The translations under genes were made by a program, and so were the position numbers. The notes below the pieces were generated by a model, which did no database searches, was not told the origin of the DNA, and saw only the letters and a program-made list of their open reading frames with translations. From contig OZ024742.1 in the NCBI GenBank assembly GCA_964016885.1, positions 93,620,001-93,684,000 of the forward strand: 64,000 nt of DNA, given 5' to 3'. Origin of the DNA: Eledone cirrhosa. Taxonomy: Eukaryota. Positions 1 to 10,276 of the stretch are shown here, in pieces (the first letter of the stretch is position 1; every line of letters starts with the position of its first letter).

Positions 1-645
1 AAATTTGAACATCCTGAACAATTTACAGCCAGTTCGCCTTTAGCTCCACATACATATGTTTGGGCATTATTTTTTGCTCTAAATTTTTGCAAGTGCAAAA
101 GATCTTTTAAAACACTATGAACTGCATTTTTATCTAAACCCGTTTCTTTTGCCAACACCGCTCGCAGCACTTCTATGGTTTGTTCATTTGTTGACGAGTT
201 TGGCCTTCCAAAATGTGGTTGGGTTTCAACAATTTCTTGGTCTTCTTTGAACATTTTGTGCCACTTAAAACCTTACTTTTTTATAGAGTGTCATTACCAG
301 GGGTCTCATTTGCCTTAAAATGTGAGGGGGACAAACCAACATTTGTTGATTCTTAAAGGAGCATATTAGTATTGATTATGGTTCCTTTCCTGGACCCTAT
401 CACAAGTAAAATTTTACGCTAATTAAATTTTATATATTCAAATGAAGTATAAAAAAATAAGCTTAAAAAAAATTCATTATATCAAATAAACAAAAAATAA
501 TACATCGATGTTTGAAAAAGTGGAGACGGGTGGGCCCTTGGTTATCACCATAAGCTTGTGTTAAAGAATTAAATGTTGTGGTGGCTGATTTATTGAGTTT
601 CATCTAAAATTTGAACGCATAAAGTTGTTCGATATTTTCCTGCAT
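1..645 (-). pseudogene. Decayed mariner transposase, N-terminal HTH region (runs off window start), interrupted by an insertion at 298-540
   Basis: Minus-strand translation from ATG at 645 gives MQENIEQLYAFKF*MKLNKSATTTFNSLTQAYGD, and after the insert FKWHKMFKEDQEIVETQPHFGRPNSSTNEQ. This matches the mariner N-terminal pattern; stops and frameshifts are present. Confidence 0.8.
298..540. mobile_element. Probable hAT-type MITE inserted in the mariner relic
   Basis: Begins CAGGGGTCTC and ends GGGCCCTTG (decayed TIR). Flanks GTCATTAC (290-297) and GTTATCAC (541-548) match at 6/8, like an old 8-bp TSD. Mariner coding sequence resumes on both sides. Confidence 0.45.
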
Positions 646-847
646 CGCAAACGTAACATGGGTTATAAACACATCTGAACATAAATATCACTAACAGGTG
701 ATTGACTCAATCGATCATGTTGAAACAAGAATGGATGTGTAGCCCACGTCATATCCATCACGTCGATATAGATCTTTCTTGTTTACTATTATAATAAAAC
801 TCCGGATGAATAAAAATCGTGGAGTGCTTTACCTCTGTTAAGAAAAA

Positions 848-954
<107 letters not shown>

Positions 955-1444
955 AGTAAATAATCGAGAATCAGAATCTCGGCCCACGAAATAATGATAA
1001 ACAATCTTCGACATGTGTGGCAGAGGGCTCAATAGTTTGGATGAACCAGAGCTATAACTATCGTTAAAATACCAACACATAGAGACGATGCCTAGATCAT
1101 TCGCACAGCCGAAAAAAACGACCAGGAAAATTCGGGTCACTCAAACAATAAATTAATAAATTAATAAATTAAATGAATGTAAAAACTCACCCGGATCCGC
1201 TAGAAGGATGTTAAATTCTAGCTATTTGGGTTTCTGCAGTTCCTTAATCAATTACTGTCAGCCCACATAAAAAAATATATCTGACTTCTAGTTAAAGAGA
1301 TGAACGTGGAAAACTGCTTTCTCAACGGATGTTTCGTTCAAAAATACAGGGGGACCTGTTACTGGACGCACGTGTAGTCCAGCAAGGGAGGGATCCCCTA
1401 TATATGGCGAAAGAATTCAGTAAGTGTAAATTTTGTAAGAATAC

Positions 1445-1506
<62 letters not shown>

Positions 1507-1948
1507 AATGGAGATTGAAACATATATAAATCAAATAAATAATGTATTCATTGATATACCTTCGTGATCTATTTCTTGCATTTATATATATATACTAATA
1601 TATATAATAAAAATTAAAAAGAAAGTTATGTATATATACTAGACCACTCGAGATCCGTTGGGTCACGTTAAAAACACTTTTTATAAAACCATGTTCACTT
1701 AAAAATAATTCTTAAATAATTAAAATATACACAGATATGTATATGATGTGAAATGAAATTGGAAGGCCCATATATATATATATATATATATTGGAATAAA
1801 TGCTCTGAAATAGCGATATATATGTGAATATAGACATAGAATATTCGAAAATATTCTGTATGTTTATAATAAACATTTTGAAGACCTAATCGCTATAGAA
1901 TAGAATACGTCACGTATTACAATTAGATTCTCGATAAAAGCAAGGGAA

Positions 1949-1991
1949 GTAATCTACGCGTTTCATTCTCGTTAGAAATCATCAGGACTAC
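1949..1991 (-). ncRNA. Minimal type I hammerhead ribozyme (array copy)
   Basis: Reverse complement reads GTAGTC-CTGATGA-TTTCTAACGAGAAT-GAAA-CGCG-TA-GATTAC. Confidence 0.85.
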
Positions 1992-2258
1992 ATATCCAGT
2001 GCTTTTATCGAGAATGACACAGCTAGAGACTTATAGAATACTTAGCTGTGTACAGGAACTGGTTTGAAAGAGCGGTTGCCGGTCCGGCAGAAATTAGAAA
2101 TTGGAATAAATGCTCTGAAATAGCGATATATATGTGAATATAGACATAGAATATTCGAAAATATTCTGTATGTTTATAATAAACATTTTGAAGACCTAAT
2201 CGCTATAGAATAGAATACGTCACGTATTACAATTAGATTCTCGATAAAAGCAAGGGAA

Positions 2259-2301
2259 GTAATCTACGCGTTTCATTCTCGTTAGAAATCATCAGGACTA
2301 C
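2259..2301 (-). ncRNA. Minimal type I hammerhead ribozyme (array copy)
   Basis: Identical to 1949-1991, offset by 310 bp. Confidence 0.85.
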
Positions 2302-2673
2302 ATATCCAGTGCTTTTATCGAGAATGACACAGCTAGAGACTTATAGAATACTTAGCTGTGTACAGGAACTGGTTTGAAAGAGCGGTTGCCGGTCCGGCAG
2401 AAATTAGAAATTGGAATAAATGCTCTGAAATAGCGATATATATGTGAATATAGACATAGAATATTCGAAAATATTCTGTATGTTTATAATAAACATTTTG
2501 AAGACCTAATCGCTATAGAATAGAATACGTCATATATATCGCTATTTCAGAGCATTTATTCCAATTTCTAATTTCTGCCGGACCGGCAACCGCTCTTTCA
2601 AACCAGTTCCTGTACACAGCTAAGTATTCTATAAGTCTCTAGCTGTGTCATTCTCGATAAAAGCACTGGATAT

Positions 2674-2716
2674 GTAGTCCTGATGATTTCTAACGAGAAT
2701 GAAACGCGTAGATTAC
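2674..2716 (+). ncRNA. Minimal type I hammerhead ribozyme (array copy)
   Basis: Stem I GTAGTC/GATTAC; core CTGATGA 2680-2686; stem II TTCT-AACG-AGAA; GAAA 2701-2704; palindromic stem III ACGCGT; predicted cleavage after GUA at 2710. Stem I is extended by a perfect 16-bp inverted repeat (2650-2665/2723-2738). Confidence 0.88.
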
Positions 2717-2983
2717 TTCCCTTGCTTTTATCGAGAATCTAATTGTAATACGTGACGTATTCTATTCTATAGCGATTAGGTCTTCAAAATGTTTATTATA
2801 AACATACAGAATATTTTCGAATATTCTATGTCTATATTCACATATATATCGCTATTTCAGAGCATTTATTCCAATTTCTAATTTCTGCCGGACCGGCAAC
2901 CGCTCTTTCAAACCAGTTCCTGTACACAGCTAAGTATTCTATAAGTCTCTAGCTGTGTCATTCTCGATAAAAGCACTGGATAT

Positions 2984-3026
2984 GTAGTCCTGATGATTTC
3001 TAACGAGAATGAAACGCGTAGATTAC
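2984..3026 (+). ncRNA. Minimal type I hammerhead ribozyme (array copy)
   Basis: Identical to 2674-2716, offset by 310 bp. Confidence 0.85.
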
Positions 3027-3293
3027 TTCCCTTGCTTTTATCGAGAATCTAATTGTAATACGTGACGTATTCTATTCTATAGCGATTAGGTCTTCAAAAT
3101 GTTTATTATAAACATACAGAATATTTTCGAATATTCTATGTCTATATTCACATATATATCGCTATTTCAGAGCATTTATTCCAATTTCTAATTTCTGCCG
3201 GACCGGCAACCGCTCTTTCAAACCAGTTCCTGTACACAGCTAAGTATTCTATAAGTCTCTAGCTGTGTCATTCTCGATAAAAGCACTGGATAT

Positions 3294-3336
3294 GTAGTCC
3301 TGATGATTTCTAACGAGAATGAAACGCGTAGATTAC
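3294..3336 (+). ncRNA. Minimal type I hammerhead ribozyme (array copy)
   Basis: Identical to 2674-2716, offset by 620 bp. Confidence 0.85.
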
Positions 3337-3603
3337 TTCCCTTGCTTTTATCGAGAATCTAATTGTAATACGTGACGTATTCTATTCTATAGCGATTAGG
3401 TCTTCAAAATGTTTATTATAAACATACAGAATATTTTCGAATATTCTATGTCTATATTCACATATATATCGCTATTTCAGAGCATTTATTCCAATTTCTA
3501 ATTTCTGCCGGACCGGCAACCGCTCTTTCAAACCAGTTCCTGTACACAGCTAAGTATTCTATAAGTCTCTAGCTGTGTCATTCTCGATAAAAGCACTGGA
3601 TAT

Positions 3604-3646
3604 GTAGTCCTGATGATTTCTAACGAGAATGAAACGCGTAGATTAC
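3604..3646 (+). ncRNA. Minimal type I hammerhead ribozyme (array copy)
   Basis: Identical to 2674-2716, offset by 930 bp. Confidence 0.85.
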
Positions 3647-3913
3647 TTCCCTTGCTTTTATCGAGAATCTAATTGTAATACGTGACGTATTCTATTCTAT
3701 AGCGATTAGGTCTTCAAAATGTTTATTATAAACATACAGAATATTTTCGAATATTCTATGTCTATATTCACATATATATCGCTATTTCAGAGCATTTATT
3801 CCAATTTCTAATTTCTGCCGGACCGGCAACCGCTCTTTCAAACCAGTTCCTGTACACAGCTAAGTATTCTATAAGTCTCTAGCTGTGTCATTCTCGATAA
3901 AAGCACTGGATAT

Positions 3914-3956
3914 GTAGTCCTGATGATTTCTAACGAGAATGAAACGCGTAGATTAC
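3914..3956 (+). ncRNA. Minimal type I hammerhead ribozyme (array copy)
   Basis: Identical to 2674-2716, offset by 1240 bp. Confidence 0.85.
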
Positions 3957-4076
3957 TTCCCTTGCTTTTATCGAGAATCTAATTGTAATACGTGACGTAT
4001 TCTATTCTATAGCGATTAGGTCTTCAAAATGTTTATTATAAACATACAGAATATTTTCGAATATTCTATGTCTATA

Positions 4077-4080
<4 letters not shown>

Positions 4081-4155
<75 letters not shown>

Positions 4156-4277
4156 CTGTGTCTGTGTGTGCCTGTAACACTGCTCACAGACACACACACG
4201 CACGCACACACATACATACACACCCACACACATAGACACACACAAAGACACACACACAGACACACACAGACAAACAC

Positions 4278-4315
<38 letters not shown>

Positions 4316-4333
4316 ACACACACACACACACAC
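4081..4333. repeat. Compound (TA)n/(TG)n/(CA)n microsatellite, representative of dozens in the window
   Basis: Direct reading; such tracts give rise to the [12 protein letters not shown] ORFs. Confidence 0.95.
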
Positions 4334-4452
4334 TAATTTGCATAATAGACTAATAATAAAATTAGTAACCCCACTATCCGGGAACTTCCAACCGATATGG
4401 GGGCATTCTTTAAGGGTATGTCAATATTTGTTTATAAAACTGATCTATATTA

Positions 4453-4517
4453 TATTTTATCTGATGAAAGCGCACCATAATTTGCTTTGGTGTCCTTGAA
4501 ATATGTATAATGAAATA
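4453..4517 (+). ncRNA. Type I hammerhead ribozyme in a short solo insert (about 4335-4565)
   Basis: Stem I TATTTTAT/ATGAAATA; CTGATGA 4461-4467; stem II AAG-c-GCACCA...TGGTGT-c-CTT; GAAA 4498-4501; short stem III ATA-TG-TAT; cleavage after AUA at 4509. Outer stem TTTATAAAAC/GTTTTATAAA. Confidence 0.7.
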
Positions 4518-4759
4518 AATATGGTTTTATAAATATATTTTCAATTTGTTAATATATTATATTTATATATATATATATTTATGTATAGACACATACGTAC
4601 ACAAACTTAGAAAGCCTTCCTATTTAGCAGGAAATATTCACTACACACTTCCTGTCCTAACACAAGTTATATGATAAATATGATTCAATTTTCAGTCACC
4701 AAATTTTACCTAGATACAGTAATGCTGTATTCGATTCTTTGAAATCACCTGTTATAATT

Positions 4760-4940
4760 GTTTCTACTTTTTGGCACAAGGCCAGCAATTATCCCAGTAC
4801 ATTACTGGTACTTTATTTTATCGACCCCGTAAGGATGAAAGGCAAAGTTAACCTCGGCGGGAATTGAAATCAGATCGTAAAGGGACGTAACTATGCTGGA
4901 AAGCATAATCCAACCCTCTACCGATACTGCCAATTCACCG
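4760..4940 (-). mobile_element. tRNA-derived SINE with Nin-domain-like core
   Basis: Same family as 38089-38279; 11-bp TSD CTGTTATAATT (4749-4759, 4941-4951). Confidence 0.8.
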
Positions 4941-5241
4941 CTGTTATAATTTCATTCAATAACACCACCAGCTCGCTCACACTTTCTTCCATTTTCTTTC
5001 TCTCTCTCCTTCTCTCTCTCACCCCTTGTCTCTCTTTCAATCTACTCGCTCACAACCACTATCTCTTTCTCTTTCTCTCTATCTTTATCTCTCTCTATTT
5101 ATAAAGGTACCCGGAAAACCCCGTATCTCGGGATCCCGTGCTCCGATTTACGCGAAATTTTAAAAATTCCATGTATATTCCCATTTCAGGGGCAACTCCC
5201 TTTCAAATTATCTTCCCATTATGCGCTGTTTTGGCTGTATT

Positions 5242-5276
<35 letters not shown>

Positions 5277-5380
5277 CAAGAGATGTCAACATGAATGGAT
5301 CTGTTATTTTTATCTTAAGACATTTTTTCCAATTCCAACCTGCCCGTCCCCTCAATCTATCTTATTTCTCATTCTTTCTT

Positions 5381-5410
5381 CTGATAAAGGACTAGCGTCC
5401 GAAACGTTAA
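5381..5410 (+). ncRNA. Degenerate minimal HHR motif in a PLE-pLTR-like insert (about 5275-5497) between microsatellites
   Basis: CTGATAA-A-GGAC-TAGC-GTCC-GAAACGTTA; the core is altered at G8 and stem I does not pair. Confidence 0.4.
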
Positions 5411-5492
5411 TATCCTCTTCCTGCTATATCAAGCGTTAACCTAATATATCCCTTCCATATACTGTACCGATTGTGTTGTTATTTCTGTTTAC

Positions 5493-5583
<91 letters not shown>

Positions 5584-5587
5584 TTAT

Positions 5588-5965
5588 ATTTAAAAATTAT
5601 GATTGGTGCTCTGAAATAGCGATGTATACATGTATAGTATATTTGGTAAAATACCGTATGCTTAATTAAAAACATTTAGAAAACCTTGCGCTATTATTTT
5701 AAAGTAGTGACTATGTCACTTACTTCTTTCAGAGCTCCAATCCTAATTTTTAATTTTTGCTGGACCGGCAATTGCTCTGTATAATCAGTTCCTGATTAAT
5801 ACTGGAATTCTATAAGAATCCAGCCTCTATAATATTTGGAAGAGCTCGGTGAGTACGTTGCTCTGAAGAACACCAACAGTGTGAAACAGAATCTGTCATT
5901 TTCTCTCTCTTCCTTTGCCGAAAAAAGAAGTAAGTGACATAGTCACTACTTTAAAATAATAGCGT
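5588..5965. mobile_element. Diverged relative of the 310-bp HHR element, again as inverted arms
   Basis: Shares GCTCTGAAATAGCGAT, GGACCGGCAA, CAGTTCCTG and TTCTATAAG with the array unit. Inverted repeat at about 5689-5729/5924-5964. HHR core CTGAAGA-ACAC-CAACA-GTGT-GAAA-CAG-AAT-CTG-TC at 5863-5897 with poorly pairing stem I. Confidence 0.7.
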
Positions 5966-5970
5966 AATAT

Positions 5971-6019
<49 letters not shown>

Positions 6020-6450
6020 AGTTAAATCGAAGCTTCGGCTGTGGCCAAGCAAAGTCGACCTACAATAAGGAATGAGTAGCAAAGCGCTCAATAAGAGTAG
6101 ATCCTTAGAGTAATAACATTACGTTTAAATAGCTTGACAAATTGAAAATTGCTGTAGGAAAAACCCAACCATACAATACCAAAAACAACGAAAGAACTAA
6201 TCAGGTTAAAACAACAGACCTGGACAGATCGAACGATATAAAGGTGTTAGTTATTTCCCTTTATTAGACGTAACATAAGTTCTTTTATTTTTTCAAATAT
6301 ATTCATTTTTCAATTAGAAAAATAGCATTGTGAGAGCAACCTAGTAAAAAATCATTAGTTTTATATTTTGTACCATCGTTTTAGGTCTTCCGTCATGCCT
6401 AAGGTACGAATTGTATTTCAGACACGTTCTGATTTTATTTAATATATGTT

Positions 6451-6583
6451 ATTCTCCTGAAGATGGGGAAGTGCACATATCTATCTATATGTCACTGCGT
6501 ATGTATAGATATTGATTATATGAAGTCTCATAACGTTTTCGAATAATTGGATGTACAATTCCCTTGAAACATATGTCAGGAAT
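6451..6583 (+). ncRNA. Type I hammerhead ribozyme with long stem II
   Basis: CTGAAGA 6457-6463; about 100-nt stem II closed by GGGGAAGTGCACAT/ATGTACAATTCCCT; GAAA 6566-6569; palindromic stem III ACATATGT; GUC site at 6577; stem I ATTCTC/AGGAAT pairs at 5/6. Confidence 0.65.
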
Positions 6584-6789
6584 TAAATATGATTTAAAAG
6601 ATAATTGCTCCATCTATATACTTATTTATATTTGCTCTGTGTTTATGCCTGCTTTTCTATTTATTTTTATTTTACACATTTTTTGCGTTTCAGTGTATGT
6701 ATACCAAGTATTTGTTGTTTACAACTTTTGTGTACCTTATTTTAAACTATTTTGCAGTTTAATTGTCTGAAATTCCTTCAACCCTCATT

Positions 6790-6872
<83 letters not shown>

Positions 6873-7045
6873 GACTATATTGTATCTGTATTTTTGACCG
6901 TTGGTCAGTCAATGGCAACATTGAGGACCGAATAAATTAAATTAACCGATATAAAAGACACAGAAGCGAAAACCAACCAAACAGTGAGTATGTTTTGTTA
7001 TTAATTCTGGCAATATTATTACACAAATATGACCCTCCCCAATTA

Positions 7046-7077
<32 letters not shown>

Positions 7078-7089
7078 GGAAAAGAGTCA

Positions 7090-7211
7090 GGATCCTGACG
7101 GCTGGGCTCCAGCCGTTTCGACAGCTAGATCCTATTACCCACTCTATAACCATAAGCATCGAGTACTCTGGTGCGTTGTGGTCCACTTGGGATCTGACCA
7201 CACCTTCTTTA
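7090..7211 (-). ncRNA. 5'-truncated hammerhead fragment between two (TA)n tracts
   Basis: Minus strand reads GAAA-CGGCTGG-AGC-CCAGCCG-TC (full stem III plus GUC) with AGATCC/GGATCT stem II. Only AAGA of a possible CTGAAGA box survives next to the TA run. Confidence 0.5.
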
Positions 7212-7263
7212 TATATATATATATATATATATAAAATAATAATAATAATAATAATAATAATAA

Positions 7264-7592
7264 TCGACACGAGAGTGCAAGAGAAGGAGTGGGAGAAAAT
7301 TAACCGATACCAGGACTTAAAGTGGGAGGTGAAAAGGATTTGGAACTGCCATGAATTCAAAGTTTTGTCATAGGCGCACTAGGTACTATCTCAAAAGGTT
7401 TCCAAGGATGGTTAAAGAAAGTTGGCCCCGCCACGCTTTTTGGAACGCTTCAAAAGGCATGCTTGCTGGGAACAGCAAGAATCCTCCGATACGTCCTGAA
7501 TATCAGAGGCTGCAGGTAGTGGCTTGATATTCATTTCAACAAACTTTCCAGTTAACTAACATCAATAACTGAGACTCAAAGAACAATAATAA
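7264..7592 (+). mobile_element. R4/Dong-clade non-LTR retrotransposon, 3'-terminal copy (C-terminus and 3' UTR)
   Basis: Encodes DTRVQEKEWEKINRYQDL...LQKACLLGTARILRYVL; begins immediately after (TAA)n and ends AATAATAA. Confidence 0.85.
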
Positions 7593-9886
7593 ATATTATC
7601 ATAGAGGAACTGAAGCAACGCATTGTAGCAAAGAGTGCAAAAATTAGGCGATACGAGATCAGAGTCAGTCAGTATAGACAGAACCGCATGTTTGACAACA
7701 ATCAGAAGATGTTGTTTGGACAGCTTGAAGGGAAAGAAAGAGGCAATGACTTGATCTCTGAAGCGGAACAAACTAAGACATTCTGGAGAGGAATATGGGA
7801 GCAGGATTTTAAACATAATGACCAGGTAGTGTGGATTGAGACAGTACAAAAGGAGATTAGTGAACAGGCACACCAACAAACTGAATTGAGTATCACAGTT
7901 GAAACTCTTAAGGGGCAGGCCAAAAAACTAACCAACTGGAAATCACCAGGCCCAGATGGTGTGCAGGGGTATGGGATTAAAAATATAACACCCCTCCACC
8001 CGAAACTGACAACCATGTTCAATGACTGCTTGATGTCAGGTGAGGTACCAGATTGGTTGACACAAGGTACCACAGTTCTGTTAATGAAATACCGAATCAA
8101 GGGTAATCAGGTTACCAACTATAGACCTATCACATGTCTGTCCGTAATGTGGAAACTGTTGACAAGCATTGTGTCTGAGGAAATCTACAATCACCTCCAC
8201 ACAAACAACTTGTTACCAGACGAACAGAAAGGATGCCGAAAGAAGTCCCGTGGTACAAAGGACCAGTTACTTATTGATAAGATGGTAATGAGGAATTGCA
8301 AGAGGAGACACACTGGTCTTGCCATGGGATGGATAGACTACAAAAAGGCATTTGACATGGTGCCTCATTCTTGGATCACCAAGGTGGCAGGTAACATCAG
8401 ACGGTTGTTGAGCAAAAGTATGAAGTCCAGGAAAAGTATGAAGTCCTGGAAAACAGAGTTAACATCATCTGGAGAATCCTTGGGAGGCGTGAAGATCAAG
8501 AGAAGTATCTTCCAGGGAGATAGTCTGTCCCCTCTGTTGTTTGTCCTTGCCCTGATGCCCCTGACCATTATACTGCGAAAAGTGAGAGCAGGATACAAGT
8601 TGGGAAAGGGAGAGCTTACCATCAATCAACTCCTCTTCATGGACGATCTTAATCTCTTCGGGAAGAGTGAGAAAGAGTTGGATGTGCTTGTTGACACTGT
8701 CCGTATTTTCAGCAATGATATATGATAAAGGAAATTGACACTGAAGAAGGATACAAGTATTTGGGTGTTCTGGAGGCTGATGACATCAAGAACAAAAACA
8801 TGAAGGAATTGATAAGATCTGAATACATTCAGAGAGTAAGGAGCGTATTAAAATCACACCTGAACAGTAGGAATGCCATAAGTGCAGTAAATTCCCGAGC
8901 TGTGTCTATTATCAGGTACAGTGTGGGAATTCTGAGATGGAATGTTGCTGAACAAAAAGAAATGGGTAGGAAGACTAGGAAGCTATTGACTATCTACAAC
9001 ATGTTCCACAAGAGGAGTGATGTCGATAGACTCTACTTAAGGAGAGTTGAAGGTGGAAGAGGTCTTATCAGCATAGACGACTGTGTTCAGATGGGGAAAA
9101 ACAACCTACACAAATACGTGACTGATAGTAGGGAGCCAATGCTCAGAATTGTACTGAAGGAGAGGACAATAGACCAGGGTATGTCCAAGGAGGAAATAAC
9201 AACAAGGAGAAAGAGCAACCTTCATGAAAAATCCCTTCATAGTACCTTCTTTGAGAAAACTGAATTCAGAGATCCACAGACATGGAACTGGTTGAAAAGA
9301 GGAGACCGTAAAAAGGCTACAGAAGGAATGCTAATGGCTCCGCAAGAGCAGGCCCTCAAAACGAAGTGGCTGAAACACCATCTTTACAAGGAGGAGGCTA
9401 GCCCACTGTGCAGGATCTGTGGAGAGAGAGAGGAGACTGTGGCTCACATTGTATCCGAGTGTAAACATCTAGCCCAGACTCACTATAAAGGCTGGACACA
9501 TGATGTGTTGGGCAGGATGATCCACTGGCACCTATGCAAAGTAAACAATTTACCACATTCTGAGAAGTGGTATGAGCATAAGCCAGAGTCGGTGATAGAA
9601 AACGATCAGGTGAAGGTAATGTGAGATTTTAGGATACAGACGGACAAGAACCTGAAACACAATAGACCTGACCTGGTGGTTTTGTACAAGGAAAAAAGAT
9701 CGTGCCTGATTGTGGATGTGGCCTGCCCATTCGACACGAGAGTGCAAGAGAAGGAGTGGGAGAAAATTAACCGATACCAGGACTTAAAGTGGGAGGTAAA
9801 AAGGATTTGGAACTGCCATGAAATCAAGGTCGTCCCGATTGTCATAGGCGCACTAGGTACTATCTCAAAGAGATAGTATCTAGTGC
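7593..9886 (+). mobile_element. R4/Dong-clade (restriction-like endonuclease) non-LTR retrotransposon, truncated at both ends, disrupted ORF
   Basis: RT motifs YRPITCL, WIDYKKAFDMVPH, FQGDSLSPLLF, LFMDDL, YKYLG; CCHC knuckle CRICGEREETVAHIVSEC; PD-(D/E)xK region RPDL...IVDVACPFD...EKINRY. Deletion/frameshift near 8722 and a stop at 9622. Confidence 0.9.
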
Positions 9887-9922
9887 AACTTACATACATA
9901 TATATATATGTATATATATATA

Positions 9923-9975
<53 letters not shown>

Positions 9976-9977
9976 TA

Positions 9978-10124
<147 letters not shown>

Positions 10125-10207
10125 ATAGAAATTGAAAATGCAACTGGAGTCAATAAGAATATTTGTCTACTTTTCCGTTTACACAGTTCTTATGATTTTC
10201 AAAAGTA

Positions 10208-10276
10208 AAATTGAGATGCAGGGTTTGTGTTTCTGTTGTGACACCAATGCAAAACACAGACCCTCAATCTCAATTT
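10208..10276 (+). ncRNA. Pre-miRNA-like hairpin (candidate)
   Basis: 10-bp perfect stem, 2x2 internal loop, 13-bp stem with one G-U, and a 19-nt partly paired loop, in non-repetitive-looking sequence. Confidence 0.3.

Larger units (their letters stand above)
1791..4080. mobile_element. Retrozyme-like tandem array of a 310-bp HHR-containing non-coding unit; minus arm 1791-2532 (about 2.4 units) and plus arm 2531-4080 (5.0 units)
   Basis: Exact 310-bp periodicity (plus units start 2531, 2841, 3151, 3461, 3771) with no differences noticed by eye. The left arm is the reverse complement of the right-arm unit. Both outer ends abut (TA)n, and each complete unit has a hammerhead core. Confidence 0.9.

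Noticed and set aside
1325-1422. Structured hairpin with CGAAAC on the minus strand resembling a long-stem HHR
   Set aside because: The first box reads CTGAATT and no stem I forms.
6016-6062. Helentron/DINE-like terminus (CAAG plus hairpin), with similar motifs at about 952 and a CTAG-hairpin at about 1639-1670
   Set aside because: No matching opposite end could be located.
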